DNA of 64,000 nt. Origin: Nemertoderma westbladi. Its lineage: Eukaryota; Animalia; Xenacoelomorpha. The stretch is taken from NCBI GenBank assembly GCA_032718475.1, contig JAUCBJ010001978.1, positions 48,142 through 112,141 on the forward strand, given 5' to 3'. Positions 13,801 to 47,721 of the stretch are shown here, piece by piece. The notes under the pieces are model-generated. The model worked only from the letters and a program-made list of their open reading frames with translations, was not told where the DNA came from and ran no database searches. The position numbers and the translations under genes are program-made. Each line of letters begins with the position of its first letter. The first letter of the stretch is position 1.

Positions 13801-16800
13801 TCTATCGCCGCCCACTAACCCTAGCAGCAACCTCTATCGCCGCGCACTAACCCTAGCTGCAACCTCTATTGCCTCCCACTAACCCTCAACCTCTATCGCC
13901 GCCCACTAACCCTAGCTGCAACCTCTATCGCCGTCCACTAACCCTCAACCTCTATCGCCGTCCACTAACCCTAGCTGCAACATCTATCGCCGCCCACTAA
14001 CCCTAGCAGCAACCTCTATCGCCGCCCACTAACCCTAGCTGCAACCTCTATCGCCGTCCACTAACCCTCAACCTCTATCGCCGCCCACTAACCCTAGCTG
14101 CAACATCTATCGCCGCCCACTAACCCTAGCAGCAACCTCTATCGCCGCCCACTAACCCTAGCTGCAACCTCTATCGCCGCCCACTAACCCTAGCTGCAAC
14201 CTCTATGGCCGCCCACTAACCCTAGCTGCAACCTCTATCGCCGCCCACTAACCCTAGCTGCAACCTCTATCGCCGCCCACTAACCCTAGCAGCAACCTCT
14301 ATCGCCGCCCACTAACCCTAGCTGCAACCTCTATCGCCGCCCACTAACCCTCAACCTCTATCGCCGCCCACTAACCCTAGCAGCAACCTCTATCGCCGCC
14401 CACTAACCCTAGCTGCAACCTCTATCGCCGTCCACTAACCCTCAACCTATATCGCCGCCCACTAACCCTAGCAGCAACCTCTATCGCCGCCCACTAACCC
14501 TAGCTGCAACCTCTATCGCCGCCCACTAACCCTGGCTGCAACCTCTATCGCCGCCCACTAACCCTAGCTGCAACCTCTATCGCCGCCCACTAACCCTAGC
14601 AGCAACCTCTATCGCCGCCCACTAACCCTAGCAGCAACCTCTATCGCCGCCCACTAACCCTAGCTGCAACCTCTATCGCCGCCCACTAACCATCAACCTC
14701 TATCGCCGCCCACTAACCCTCAACCTCTATCGCCGCCAACTAACCCTAGCTGCAACCTCTATCGCCGCCCACTAACCCTAGGCTGCAACCTCTATCGCCG
14801 CCCACTAACCCTAGCAGCAATCTCTATCGCCGCCCACTAACCCTAGCTGCAACCTCTATCGCCGTCCACTAACCCTAGCTGCAATCTCTATCGCCGCCCG
14901 CTAACCCTAGCTGCAACCTCTATCGCCGTCCACTAACCCTAGCAGCAACCTCTATCGCCGCCCACTAACCCTAGCAGCAACCTCTATCGCCGCCCACTAA
15001 CCCTAGCTGCAACCTCTATCGCCGCCCACTAACCCTAGCTGCAACCTCTATCGCCGCCCACTAACCCTAGCAGCAATCTCTATCGCCGCCCACTAACCCT
15101 AGCAGCAACCTCTATCGCCGCCCACTAACCCTAGCTACAACCTCTATCGCCGCCCACTAACCCTAGCTGCAACCTCTATCGCCGTCCACTAACCCTAGCT
15201 GCAACCTCTATCACCGCCCACTAACCCTAGCTGCAACCTCTATCGCCGCCCACTAACCCTAGCAGCAACCTCTATCGCCGCCCACTAACCCTCAACCTCT
15301 ATCGCCGACCACTAACCCTAGCTGCAACCTCTATCGCCGTCCACTAATCCTAGCAGCAACCTCTATCGCCGCCCACTAACCCTAGGCTGCAACCTCTATC
15401 GCCGCCCACTAACCCTAGCTGCAACCTCTATCGCCGCCCACTAACCCTAGCAGCAATCTCTATCGCCGCCCACTAACCCTAGCTGCAACCTCTATCGCCG
15501 CCCACTAACCCTAGCTGCAACCTCTATCGCCGCCCACTAACCCTAGCAGCAACCTCTATCGCCGTCCACTAACCCTAGGCTGCAACCTCTATCGCCGCCC
15601 ACTAACCCTAGCTGCAACCTCTATCGCCGCCCACTAACCCTAGCTGCAACCTCTATCGCCGTCCACTAACCCTAGCTGCAACCTCTATCGCCGTCCACTA
15701 ACCCTAGCAGCAACCTCTATCGCCGCCCACTAACCCTAGTAGCAACCTCTATCGCCGCCCACTAACCCTAGGCTGCAACCTCTATCGCCGCCCACTAACC
15801 CTAGCTGCAACCTCTATCGCCGCCCACTAACCCTAGCAGCAATCTCTATCGCCGCCCACTAACCCTAGCTGCAACCTCTATCGCCGCCCACTAACCCTAG
15901 CTGCAACCTCTATCGCCGCCCACTAACCCTAGCAGCAACCTCTATCGCCGTCCACTAACCCTAGGCTGCAACCTCTATCGCCGCCCACTAACCCTAGGCT
16001 GCAACCTCTATCGCCGCCCACTAACCCTAGCAGCAATCTCTATCGCCGCCCACTAACCCTAGCTGCAACCTCTATCGCCGTCCACTAACCCTAGCAGCAA
16101 CCTCTATCGCCGCCCACTAACCCTAGCAGCAACCTCTATCGCCGCCCACTAACCCTAGGCTGCAACCTCTATCGCCGCCCACTAACCCTAGCAGCAATCT
16201 CTATCGCCGTCCACTAACCCTAGCTGCAATCTCTATCGCCTCCCACTAACCCTAGCTGCAACCTCTATCGCCGCCCACTAACCCTAGGCTGCAACCTCTA
16301 TCGCCGCCCACTAACCCTAGCAGCAATCTCTATCGCCGTCCACTAACCCTAGCTGCAATCTCTATCGCCGCCCGCTAACCCTAGCTGCAACCTCTATCGC
16401 CGCCCACTAACCCTAGCAGCAACCTCTATCGCCGCCCACTAACCCTAGCTGCAACCTCTATCGCCGTCCACTAACCCTAGCTGCAACCTCTATCGCCGTC
16501 CACTAACCCTAGCAGCAACCTCTATCGCCGCCCACTAACCCTAGCAGCAACCTCTATCGCCGCCCACTAACCCTAGCTGCAACCTCTATCGCCGCCCACT
16601 AACCCTAGCTGCAACCTCTATCGCCGCCCACTAACCCTAGCAGCAATCTCTATCGCCGCCCACTAACCCTAGCAGCAACCTCTATCGCCGCCCACTAACC
16701 CTAGCTACAACCTCTATCGCCGCCCACTAACCCTAGCTGCAACCTCTATCGCCGCCCACTAACCCTCAACCTCTATCCCGCCACTAACCCTAGCTGCAAC

Positions 16801-17818
16801 CTCTATCGCCGCCCACTAACCCTAGCTGCAACCTCTATCGCCGCCCACTAACCATAGCAGCAACCTCTATCGCCGCCCACTAACCCTAGACTGCAACCTC
16901 TATCGCCGCCCACTAACCCTAGCTGCAACCTCTATCGCCGCCCACTAACCCTAGCAGCAATCTCTATCGCCGCCCACTAACCCTAGCTGCAACCTCTATC
17001 GCCGCCCACTAACCCTAGCTGCAACCTCTATCGCCGCCCACTAACCCTAGCAGCAACCTCTATCGCCGTCCACTAACCCTAGGCTGCAACCTCTATCGCC
17101 GCCCACTAACCCTAGCTGCAACCTCTATCGCCGCCCACTAACCCTAGCTGCAACCTCTATCGCCGTCCACTAACCCTAGCTGCAACCTCTATCGCCGTCC
17201 ACTAACCCTAGCTGCAACCTCTATCGCCGCCCACTAACCCTCGACCTCTATCGCCGCCCACTAACCCTAGCTGCAACCTCTATCGCCGCCCACTAACCCT
17301 AGCTGCAACCTCTATCGCCGCCCACTAACCCTAGCTGCAACCTCTATCGCCGCCCACTAACCCTCAACCTCTATCGCCGCCCACTAACCCTAGCTGCAAC
17401 CTCTATCGCCGCCCACTAACCCTAGCTGCAACCTCTATCGCCGCCCACTAACCCTCAACCTCTATCGCCGCCCACTAACCCTAGCTGCAACCTCTATCGC
17501 CGCCCACTAACCCTAGCTGCAACCTCTATCGCCGCCCACTAACCCTCAACCTCTATCGCCGTCCACTAACCCTAGCTGCAACCTCTATCGCCGCCCACTA
17601 ACCCTAGCTGCAACCTCTATCGCCGCCCACTAACCCTCAACCTCTATCGCCGCCCACTAACCTTAGCTGCAACCTCTATCGCCGCCCACTAACCCTAGGC
17701 TGCAACCTCTATCGCCGCCCACTAACCCTCAACCTCTATCGCCGCCCACTAACCTTAGCTGCAACCTCTATCGCCGCCCACTAACCCTAGGCTGCAACCT
17801 CTATCGCCGCCCACTAAC

Positions 17819-17842
<24 letters not shown>
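1822..17842. repeat. ~16-kb minisatellite, 32-bp unit CTAACCCTAGCTGCAACCTCTATCGCCGCCCA (27- and 33-bp variants), derived from an ANKRD42 exon end plus donor
   Basis: Continuous tandem units, roughly 500 by length/unit size. The last unit merges into the coding exon at 17819-17842 (minus strand GCG GCG ATA GAG GTT GCA GCT AGG|GTTAGT). Confidence 0.98.
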
Positions 17843-38457
<20,615 letters not shown>

Positions 38458-39019
38458 TCTGTTAAATTGCTTCGGAAAATAATAACTGAAAGATATTTTA
38501 TCAAGAAATTGAAATATTTATACGGTACAGTAGGCCAATATTGCAGCACCGGTTGTATAATTTATCAAACCAGGCAGTACAAACTGAACCGTGTAGGCGC
38601 CAGTGCATTATAAAGCTGAATTGTATTTGTATTTAAGCCGTTACCAAGTAACATAAAAATCAGCTGACACAGCGTCCTTACTATTGGCGGACTAAATAAA
38701 AGGCACTTTTCGCCTTGTATATTTTACTAATTTGGCCCTGCATTTTGCCTTTCTGCTATGTATCATGTCGTTCTATAAATACTTATACAGTAGAACGCCA
38801 TGCTATGCACTGATGCTTGACAGTCAGAGTATAGCATAGGTGCTTTCGCTTTGTTGTGTTTATTATATTTTATGAAAATTGCTAAGGGCATTAAACGAGT
38901 TATACAAGCGACAAGTAAAAATACAGGGCGTAATCAACGCCTTGAAATAGTGCTTATAAAGGCGCATTATAAATCTTATTATTATTATTAATAATGACTT
39001 TATTTCAATAAATTATTTA

Positions 39020-39490
39020 AAGTTTTTGTGGACTAATGTAATATCTTTGGAGTACTATGTACACCAGTTTGTTCACCTTTTAATTTGGGGTCAATAGATC
39101 TTATTGAAAGAGTCCAAAGATATTTTACCCGTCGTTTGTATGTTCGTTGTAAATTTGATCGTGCTAACTACTTAGATCGACTCCTACGTTTAAAACTACA
39201 GCCGCTAGAAGTCCGAAGACATATCTTTGATCTAATGCTGGTGTATATGATTAATAACAATCTTGTTGATTTAAATTTTCTCATGACTTCTTTCATATAT
39301 CAGTTAGAAATAATAATAGGGGTCATTCCATGAAACTTTACAAGCCCTTTTCCAGACTTCAGACAGCTAAAGAATCGCTCTAAAATCGTGCAGTAGATTG
39401 GAATGGCCTGCCGCAAGATGTCGTTAGTGCATCCAATATTAAAATTTTTAAGGATAAAATAAAAGAAGTTGACCTGTTACCTTGGTAATT
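39020..39490 (+). mobile_element. CR1/L2-group LINE 3' fragment, degraded
   Basis: IDLIERVQRYFTRRL...YLDRLLRLKLQPLEVRR..DL, then RGHSMKLYK and WNGLPQDVVSA in other frames. Confidence 0.8.
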
Positions 39491-39778
39491 ATAATAGATT
39501 TATAGTTTGAAATTCCTATGCTTATTTTATTTTTTTCTGATAATTGAACCTTCACTTTTGATCCACTAAGAAACATATGTTGTATTGTATTCTCTTTTTT
39601 TTCCTTTTAAGAACGTATTTTATTTAATACTTTCACCCCACTGACATACAGTAAGTGTTTGTAATCTATGTTCCCCGTTTAGTAATTTCTGTCGTAAATT
39701 TAACAACATTATTGATTTATTTGACGTTTATGTATATATGTAAACGCACCTATAAGCGTAACAGTAGCATTTACGCGA

Positions 39779-41185
39779 ATTGTACCAGCTCCCAAGAAGG
39801 GCAACCTAACACTCTATGGTTCTTTTCGGGGAATCTCATTGATCTCGATTGCTGCAAAGCTATACAATAGGATTCTATTAAATCGCATCAGGGATCCCAT
39901 TGAGAGACTGCTCCGTGGAAATCAGAATGGGTTCCGTAAAGGTCATGGGACCATGGAGCCCATTTTGGCACTTAGAAGGATAATTGAAGAATTATCAAAA
40001 AAGAAAGACAGGCATCTGGCTGTTATCTTTGTTGACTTCTTCAAGGCCTTTGATTCAGTCTCTCGCTCACGTATGTTCAGCATACTTTCATTATATGGGA
40101 TTCCTGATGAAATTATTGCAGCAATCAGATCAGTATACGATGGTTCGACAACATTTGTGTCTACTGTTGACGGTGATACAGAACCATTTGAAGTATTATG
40201 GGGCGTTCTCCAAGGAGACACACTTGCACCATTCTTGTTCATTATTGTGGTTGACTATGTTCTACGCATGTCCTTAGATCATCATAATGATGATGGGGTG
40301 ATGATAACTCCACCTACTGGCTCCAGAAGTCGAGGAAATCCTGCCAAGTACCTAACTGATCTAGACTTTGCTGATGACTTAGGAGTACTCTCAGAATCAT
40401 TAGAGGGAGCCCAACGGCTCCTCAGCTCATTAGAACATTCTGCTTCTAGTGTTGGTATTTTTATTAACTCCAGAAAGACCAAAATTTTGACAGTTAACTT
40501 TGAAAGTCCTCAGCAAGTCTCTGATCGGATGAGCATAAGCTCAAAGGATGGTATGCTTGAGCATGTGGACGACTTCTGTTACCTGGGATCATGGATCCGG
40601 AAGTCAGGTAAGGACCTTCGAATACGTAAGGGAAAGGCATGTGCAGCCTTGAATAGGCTTTCCTGGATTTGGAAGTCACCGATAATTAATCGGAAACTTA
40701 AGGTCCGATTATTTAGAGCAGCAGTAGTTCCAGTACTCCTCTACGGGAGTCCATGCTGGGCTCTAACTGCTGAGGACACCAAATCTCTGGATGGCACATT
40801 TACAAGAATGCTACGCCGGGTTCATTGTGTCAAGTACAATGCACACATCTCCAACCAGACACTATATAACATTGGAGGTGTCTCATTGGTTCCCCCAAGC
40901 TTGACACTAGAAGAAAATCGCCTCCGCTTTGCAGGACATTGCTTTCGCCGTGAGGACCAGCCAGTACATAATCTTGTACTTTGGCAGCCTCATGGAGTGA
41001 ATAAGCATGGTGGACAGCCCATGACTTTCTTGAGATGCATCTTAAAGGACACTGGCCTTGAAGATGCGGATGATCTAGCAAATGTCATGGGTGATAGGGA
41101 GTTGTGGCGGTGCAATTTTGTTGATAAGCCGGCACAGCATTCTTAAAAATGCAGCTGCAATGCAGCATGCCGATCCTAGTAGTAC
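39779..41185 (+). mobile_element. 5'-truncated RTE-like non-LTR retrotransposon with an uninterrupted RT ORF (track ORF 39839-41146)
   Basis: PKKGNL..FRGISL, QNGFRKG, FVDFFKAFDSV, GVLQGDTLAP, DLDFADD, YLGSWI, RLRFAGHCFR; short (TAG)n tail. Confidence 0.93.
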
Positions 41186-42472
41186 CTTGGTGGTGTTTCC
41201 CCTTTAATTGTAATTAATGTTAATATTAAATGAGTGTTGTAATAATAATAAACTAATAAAACGTATCATCCTCCCTCCATAATTTATTCAGGGCCTACAT
41301 GTGTAACCTGAGCCTAATACCCGATAGCTATCGCTATCGGCACCAAATACTGTACTCGTAGCGTACAGTACCACTGTTACGAGAACATTATAAATTATCT
41401 AAGCATATAGGCCTACCGAAGGTTTAATTAATTTTACTACAGTATAATAATAAATATCAAAATGTTAAAGGAACTTTACTATATGAACCGATCACTTATT
41501 CTGTTGATATATTAGATTCGTAAACTAATTAACCTGAGTTGGTAAAATTAAGAACATAAAATTTACGCCTACTACATATGGGACAATTTTTTGTAAAATA
41601 ATGGTCTATTTTTTTATGTTACTATTCTTATTCATACCCTTGTCTAGTCATGGTATAGGTTTACGGTATGACAACAAACGGACAACATTTATTACAATAT
41701 AATCACATGCACTGTATGTACAGTATCAAACAATATGGACGGGCTTAAAATGATTGATGCAAGCATTGATGTAATCGCAGAATAATCTAACTAGCATAGG
41801 GTGCAGCTGAGCGCCCCCAAATGATGAAACACGGTCAATGGTTTAATTATAGGCAACAACGCCGCGAGCGAGCGGCAGAGAGAGGGGCAACAACGTTTGC
41901 AACTTCAAATAGTGGTCACCAGGAGCCAAAATTGTAAATATTAATTCCAGAACATGAATATATTTATATGCTCTGTAGTAGTTGTGAATAAGGTGACTTG
42001 ATTATATTGGTTGTCTGTCTACTGGTCTATGGCTTCTGGATACCTGCATGCATAGCTACAGTAGCTGCCTTGGTTAGGCCAGTTGCGAGATGATGGTGCT
42101 GAGTAGGGAACGCCCCCCCCCCCCCCCCCCCTCCTCTCCTAACTGACAATATTACGGACTAAAATCACACACTCTGAAGCTTTGTGGGGCGGTAATCGGT
42201 CTACAGTCAGACAGTACCTCAACTGCTCTACACACATACACTTCGTACACTGGTACAGTACCGGTACCGCACCGGCAACCTACTGACCTAATCTGTATCC
42301 AGGCATCCTCTACTACAGTACTAAACGTCTACTGGTCTAAAGCTTGCAGTACAGCAGTATTGCAGTACTGCAGTATGCAGTATCTGAGTAGGCAGTAGGC
42401 TAGTGTTGTAGCAGTGAAGTCAGGACAGCAGGAAGTGAGGAGACTTGACTTACTTCATACTTCTGTACTTAC

Positions 42473-43470
42473 CAGGCTTACGACAGCAGGACAGTACCGG
42501 TACGAAGCGAAGTGCGAAAGGAAGCGACGTAGAAAGCAAGGCAGCAAGGCCTGACTGCCTGATAGCCTGAACTGCTGAAGGCTTCAAGGATTACCAACAA
42601 CCGATAAGCCAACCAGAACCAACAGCGGCACCGGCAACAGGCTGACACTAACTGACTAACAGGCAAGATGCCAAGATGATAGGATAGCTCTAATTTCTGA
42701 ATTTCAATTTTAGTTTAGCCTATCATCACCTATCCACAATCAGCATGCTGGCATGTGCTGCTATTACACAGTCGACTGTCAGACCTGCAGACAGTATAAA
42801 TTAGTCTAAACCAGTAAACCAAATTGTTTAAGACAGAATAATCCAGTAATCTGATAATGGCTGGTATGGTGGTTGGATCAATATTTTCTGCATAGGCCTA
42901 TCTACTAATCATATCTATCTTACGGAGGTCGATGCTTGTTCTTCGCTGCTTCTACTGTTCTCAATCAGTTATAGTTTGTCATCTCCATCTGCGAACCGCA
43001 ACTGAATTAGGAGGTTTTCCGCTGAGCTGTGATCTAAAATCTTATTTCTATTGTATAGGTCTACCTACACGTACTGAACTGACGTACAGACTGACAGACG
43101 TACGTTCCATTGCAGCACTGACTGAAAATTGTTTAAATATTTTAATTTCGTTAATTTGCGCCTTTGAATTAATTACTGAATTACCGGTTACGGTAGTAGA
43201 TTAGGCGCCTTACAGCCTTACAGCCTTACAGCCTTATAAATTTGTGTTATTATTATTATTGTTATTATAATATTACTAGTAGTAGTAGAGTAGTATGGTC
43301 TATCCAGCTATCTGTATATTGTCAGTGGTCCTACTACTGCCAGATTGTCTGACTGTTGTGCATCCAATGTAATGCTGCAATGTTTGTTTACTATTCTGGG
43401 ATACAACTTACGGACTTATGGACATTATAATTATTAAAACATATCGATTGCTTAAATTTTGTTTACATTT
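42473..43470. promoter_or_regulatory. Candidate ANKRD42 5'-UTR exon (donor CTG|GTAAGT at 42472) and shared head-to-head promoter region with LEPROT
   Basis: Consensus minus-strand donor next to a locally GC/CpG-richer segment; divergent gene orientation. Inference only. Confidence 0.35.
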
Positions 43471-43498
43471 CAAGATCTCATAGATCTCATTCATCACC

Positions 43499-43915
43499 AT
43501 GGCTGCTGGAATTAAAGGTATAATTGGTCTGGCCTTCTCAGCGGCTGTCGGCGTAACATTCCTGCTACTGGGTTGCGCACTGCCTGACTATCGGAATTAC
43601 TGGCCCCTATTCGTGCTGTTCTTCTACTTGCTGGTACCAGTGCCGCTGATTATCGCCCGACGTATCAGCTCCACCGACTGGGGTGGCGGCGGTGGGGGGT
43701 CCAGCAACGCTCTGTGGGAGACTGGATTGTTCGTTACTGCCGGTGTTGTTGTCTCCGCTTTCGGCTTACCTGTCGTTTTGGCACACATCGCTACCATTAA
43801 ATGGGGCGCCTGCGCCCTGGTTATGTCCGGCAATCTTATTGTGTTTCTTACAATTCTCGCTTACTTTCTTATATTTACTGGAGACGATGAATATGCTTTT
43901 AGTGTTTGGATATAA
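43499..43915 (+). CDS. LEPROT: Leptin receptor gene-related protein / LEPROT(L1), Vps55 family, intronless CDS
   Basis: MAAGIKGIIGLAFSAAVGVTFLLLGCALPDYRNYWPLFVLFFYLLVPVP...FVTAGVVVSAFGLPVVLAH..TIKWGACALVMSGNLIVFLTI; four hydrophobic segments. The invertebrate gene is probably co-orthologous to LEPROT and LEPROTL1. Confidence 0.93.
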   Translation: MAAGIKGIIGLAFSAAVGVTFLLLGCALPDYRNYWPLFVLFFYLLVPVPLIIARRISSTDWGGGGGGSSNALWETGLFVTAGVVVSAFGLPVVLAHIATIKWGACALVMSGNLIVFLTILAYFLIFTGDDEYAFSVWI

Positions 43916-45189
43916 ATATATGTAAACCACATAAAAGTATATAGATATTCCAGTATATATACACATAATATAGCCCCCCCCCCCCCCCTACCACATATAT
44001 ATAATATATACCGGTATATGGGCGGTGTTTATCAACAACTGTACCAACACATTCGATCATCTTGCTAAATGTTGCTCATTTTTGTGCATTATTCGGATTT
44101 TATAGTTTTACTTTTTAAGTTAATTTTATAATATAATATTTATATAATATATCAATATCAGATTTAGGTTTCATTGTTTTGTCCATTGATATATATCGAT
44201 TGATTAAATCCGCTGTTTTGTATTAAGTCGCCCCTATGTCGGAATTGCATCATTGTTTTCATTCACCGTTTGGTTTCTATATTACAATTTTACAGTACGG
44301 TAACCAAACATAGCGAGTATTTATAAGAAATCAACGAGTAATTATTGTCCTGTCATCCAAAAAGGTATATTACATCGATGTAATACGTAATTATTTATAC
44401 TTTTGAAACATTATTTCACACCGGAAATCTGTGATTATTAAAATAAGGAAGAAAAAATATATTTCTCTATCTATTTAAAGTTCTCACTAAGACTACGATG
44501 GCTTTTTTTATTATTTGCATTTGGCCCAATTTTATCGATCTTTGAAAGCTGTTCGAATATCGCTGTTTTCCTAATGGCGACCGCACTTAGGAAGATACAT
44601 TTACCTTAATATTCCTCTCAATATTAGCTGGTAAATATAACCAAAAAAACACATAATATCACTATATCAGTAATTAAAAGTGAATAGTAGTCACATAAAC
44701 ATAAAAATTATAGCACTGGAGTTATAGAAAGTGGATACCAGTCAAATAAAGTGAACATCCACTCACTTAGTTAATTCTCGAAGAGTGAATAAATGTTTCA
44801 AATGTGTATATTATTTATTCCCGGTAACTATATTTATTAGTTATGTTTAAGTAATTACAAATACTATTACCACCTACCTACATACTTTATTTACAAACTC
44901 GCCCAAGTTGTTAATTTTATTTAAACTGAAGTCAATTAATTTATCAAGTATTTGAAATTTTCATATTTTTGGGTTATTTGTGATGGCCGGATCGAAAATA
45001 TTATATTAATTTCAATTTTAAACTACAATTTTTCGTCGCGTACCGATACGTGTATTTGCGTTTTGCGTTCCGCTCTACAATCATCTGATCCGTGTGGTTT
45101 TATATACTAACGAGCGTAGTGAATGAAAATATAGTTACGAGGATGTGGAATACCTCAACAGGTCAGGCGAGTAATAGTAATATTAGGCT

Positions 45190-46495
45190 TAAAAGGGAAA
45201 AAGGATCTTTGAAAAAATTTGAAATATGATTTATGAAATATGATTTGTAACAAATCTATTTTTTATTTACACCGGTTTTTTAGTGTTTGCAATTAGATGG
45301 AATTCATATAAATTAATTTGGAATTTTTAAACAATTGTTTTTTCGGTGGTGCCAAATTCTGGTGCAAACACCAAATTTTGAAATATGTCAATTTTTTAAA
45401 TTGATTGTTTGAACCTGTTTTTTGCGCAATTGGGGTTTATGGGGTTCTGGTTTCGATAGAATATATACGAGTTAAACCAAGTTTATCAAACTTGTATTTT
45501 TCGGAGCTGTGTATTAAATTTTGTGCCAGCACGAAATTTTGAAAATCCAGTCAATAATTGTTCAATGGATTGTGACAATTTATTTCTCACATTTTAGAGG
45601 GTTATGACGGTTCTGCATTCAATGGAATAAATAATTATCTAACTAGACATCTCAAACTTGTATTTTTCGGAAGTGGGTGCATTATTTGGTGCTAGCACCA
45701 AATTTTGAAACCCATCAAATTTATCAATTGATTGTGTCGCCTTGTTTCTTGGGTTTTTCGGGTTAGTGAGAGTTCCGAAATTTTTCAATGAAGTGAGAAA
45801 AATTGCATTTAAAACCCTTAAATGCAATTTTTCTCACTTCATTGAAAAATTTGTATTCAAACTTGTATTTTTCGCCGGTGGGTGAAAATTGTTTTGCCAG
45901 CACCAAATTTTTAAAAATAAGCAAACCTGAATATCATTACAACAGCACTGGACATCTCAAACTTGTACTTTTTGGTGATGGGTGTGCAATTCGGTGCTAG
46001 TACCAAAATTTTCCATATTATGCCGAAAAATACGAGTAACAATTATCTGACAACTTAGAAATGTATTCCATTAGAATCAGCGCCCCAGAAAACATGAAAT
46101 GTGAATTTATAGCATCGTATAAGTGAATTAAAGGCTTTGTGTTCAAACTGAAAAGTGCTGGTTACTTGTTTTTTTCATAAAACTAAAACTAATAACAGCC
46201 ATTTAAGTAATCAGACCATTTTTAAATATTTTCCAATGGATTCTACGCCCCAAAAACCTGTATTGAAAAACGATGAGCCGAAAATTGAAACTTTCAATTT
46301 GTTTGAAAATTGTTCACTACTTGAAATTTTGGTGCTGCAAAATAATCACCCAAGTACATTTTTTCGAAATTTTTTTTTCGGTCGGATTCAGACTATTGAA
46401 ATCTACGTTTTCGTTGAAATTTGTAGATTTTAGAGGTGGGTCAATATGACCCCCCCGGTATTTGTACAACATTTTTTGCCTGGAACTAATAAGGG
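45190..46495. mobile_element. Truncated piggyBac-like non-autonomous element with internal repeats
   Basis: Right end ...taataaggg|TTAA with subterminal gggtcaatatgacccc; repeated aaacttgtatttttcg modules. Left end not found. Confidence 0.45.
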
Positions 46496-46751
46496 TTAAT
46501 AAGTAATTTCTGACACTAATTACTTCTGCCTACATTCATACGCATTCATGTATTAAACAATTACGGCACCTTGCACAATCACCTCAGTGGCAGGATTTTA
46601 AGAATTTTTCGTTATCCATGAAGCTAAGGAAAATCAACAATTTTCACTAAGAAATATTTCCTTAGCTGAGAGTGAGATGGTGGTCATAGTGGGCCGTTTT
46701 ACTCATGTGAGTCGAAGATGGTTGCGGTAAGTGAATGCGGTTACTGAGTCC

Positions 46752-47274
46752 ATACTGGGCTCTAACTGCTGAGGACACCAAATCTCTGGATGGCACATTC
46801 ACAAGAATGCGTCGCCGGGTTCACTGTCAAGTAAAATGCACACATCTCCAACCAGACACTATATAACATTGGAGGTGTCTCATTGGTTCCCCCAAGCTTG
46901 ACACTAGAACGAAGCCGCCTCCGCTTTGCACGACATTGCTTTCGCCGTGAGGACCAGCCAGCGCATAATCTTGTGCTTTGGTGGCAAGAATGGTGGACAG
47001 TCCATGACTTTCTTGATACGTCGCTTAAAGGACACTGGCCTTGTAGATGTGGATAATCTGCTGAAAGTTATGGGGGATAGAGAGTTGTGCGCGGCAATTT
47101 TGTCGTTAAGTCGGCACCACTGTAACATCTGATGGTCTTTAACATTCTTAATGCACGCTGCATTGGAGCATGCTATTTGTGGATTGCATTGTGGTGGTAA
47201 TAATTATTTTTGCTAAGCTAGCATAGCATCTCATTGTGCAGCTGCTATGCAGCAGGCCGAGTATAGTAGTAGTA
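46752..47274 (+). mobile_element. RTE-like LINE 3' fragment with a longer 3' UTR
   Basis: Near-identical to 40752-41130 (ctgggctctaactgctgaggacaccaaatctctgg...); (TAG)n tail. Confidence 0.88.
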
Positions 47275-47430
47275 CTGTTGCACGTACTGTAGTATCATTT
47301 CCGTAGTTACATTTTTTGGAAAGGTTCAGTCATTACATTAGTCTATTACATTGTTCATTAAATATAATAGCTTGTCTGCTTCGGGGAAATTCATTCTTTC
47401 AAATTTGTAATTTTTTTGATCCAGAGACCG

Positions 47431-47721
47431 GCCAATGTGAAGAATCCCAGACTTTCTGCCGTTATATTTTACTTTGCAGTTACCCCCCATGTGAAGAATA
47501 CCAGACTTTCTGCCGTTATGTTTCACTTTGCAGTTACCCCCATGTGAAGAATACCAGACTTTCTGCCGTTATATTTCACTTTGCAGTTACCCCCACGCGA
47601 AGAATACCAGGTTTTCACCAAAAACACAGGTTACAGAAGGGCTGAATCTAACCAAAACAATAGACAAATTAGTTATATGTACTCGACCGAAAAGTGAAAT
47701 CCTGGTATTCTTCACATGGGC
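47431..47721. mobile_element. Small MITE with ~53-bp internal tandem repeats
   Basis: Terminal inverted gcc(c/a)atgtgaagaat...attcttcacatgggc, flanked by a direct repeat CAGAGACCG (47422-47430 and 47723-47731). Confidence 0.6.

Noticed and set aside
42478-42666. ORF MPVSQLVSACC... as the ANKRD42 N-terminus
   Set aside because: It starts at TTG and stops before the donor at 42472; the microexon at 38448-38458 gives a better start.
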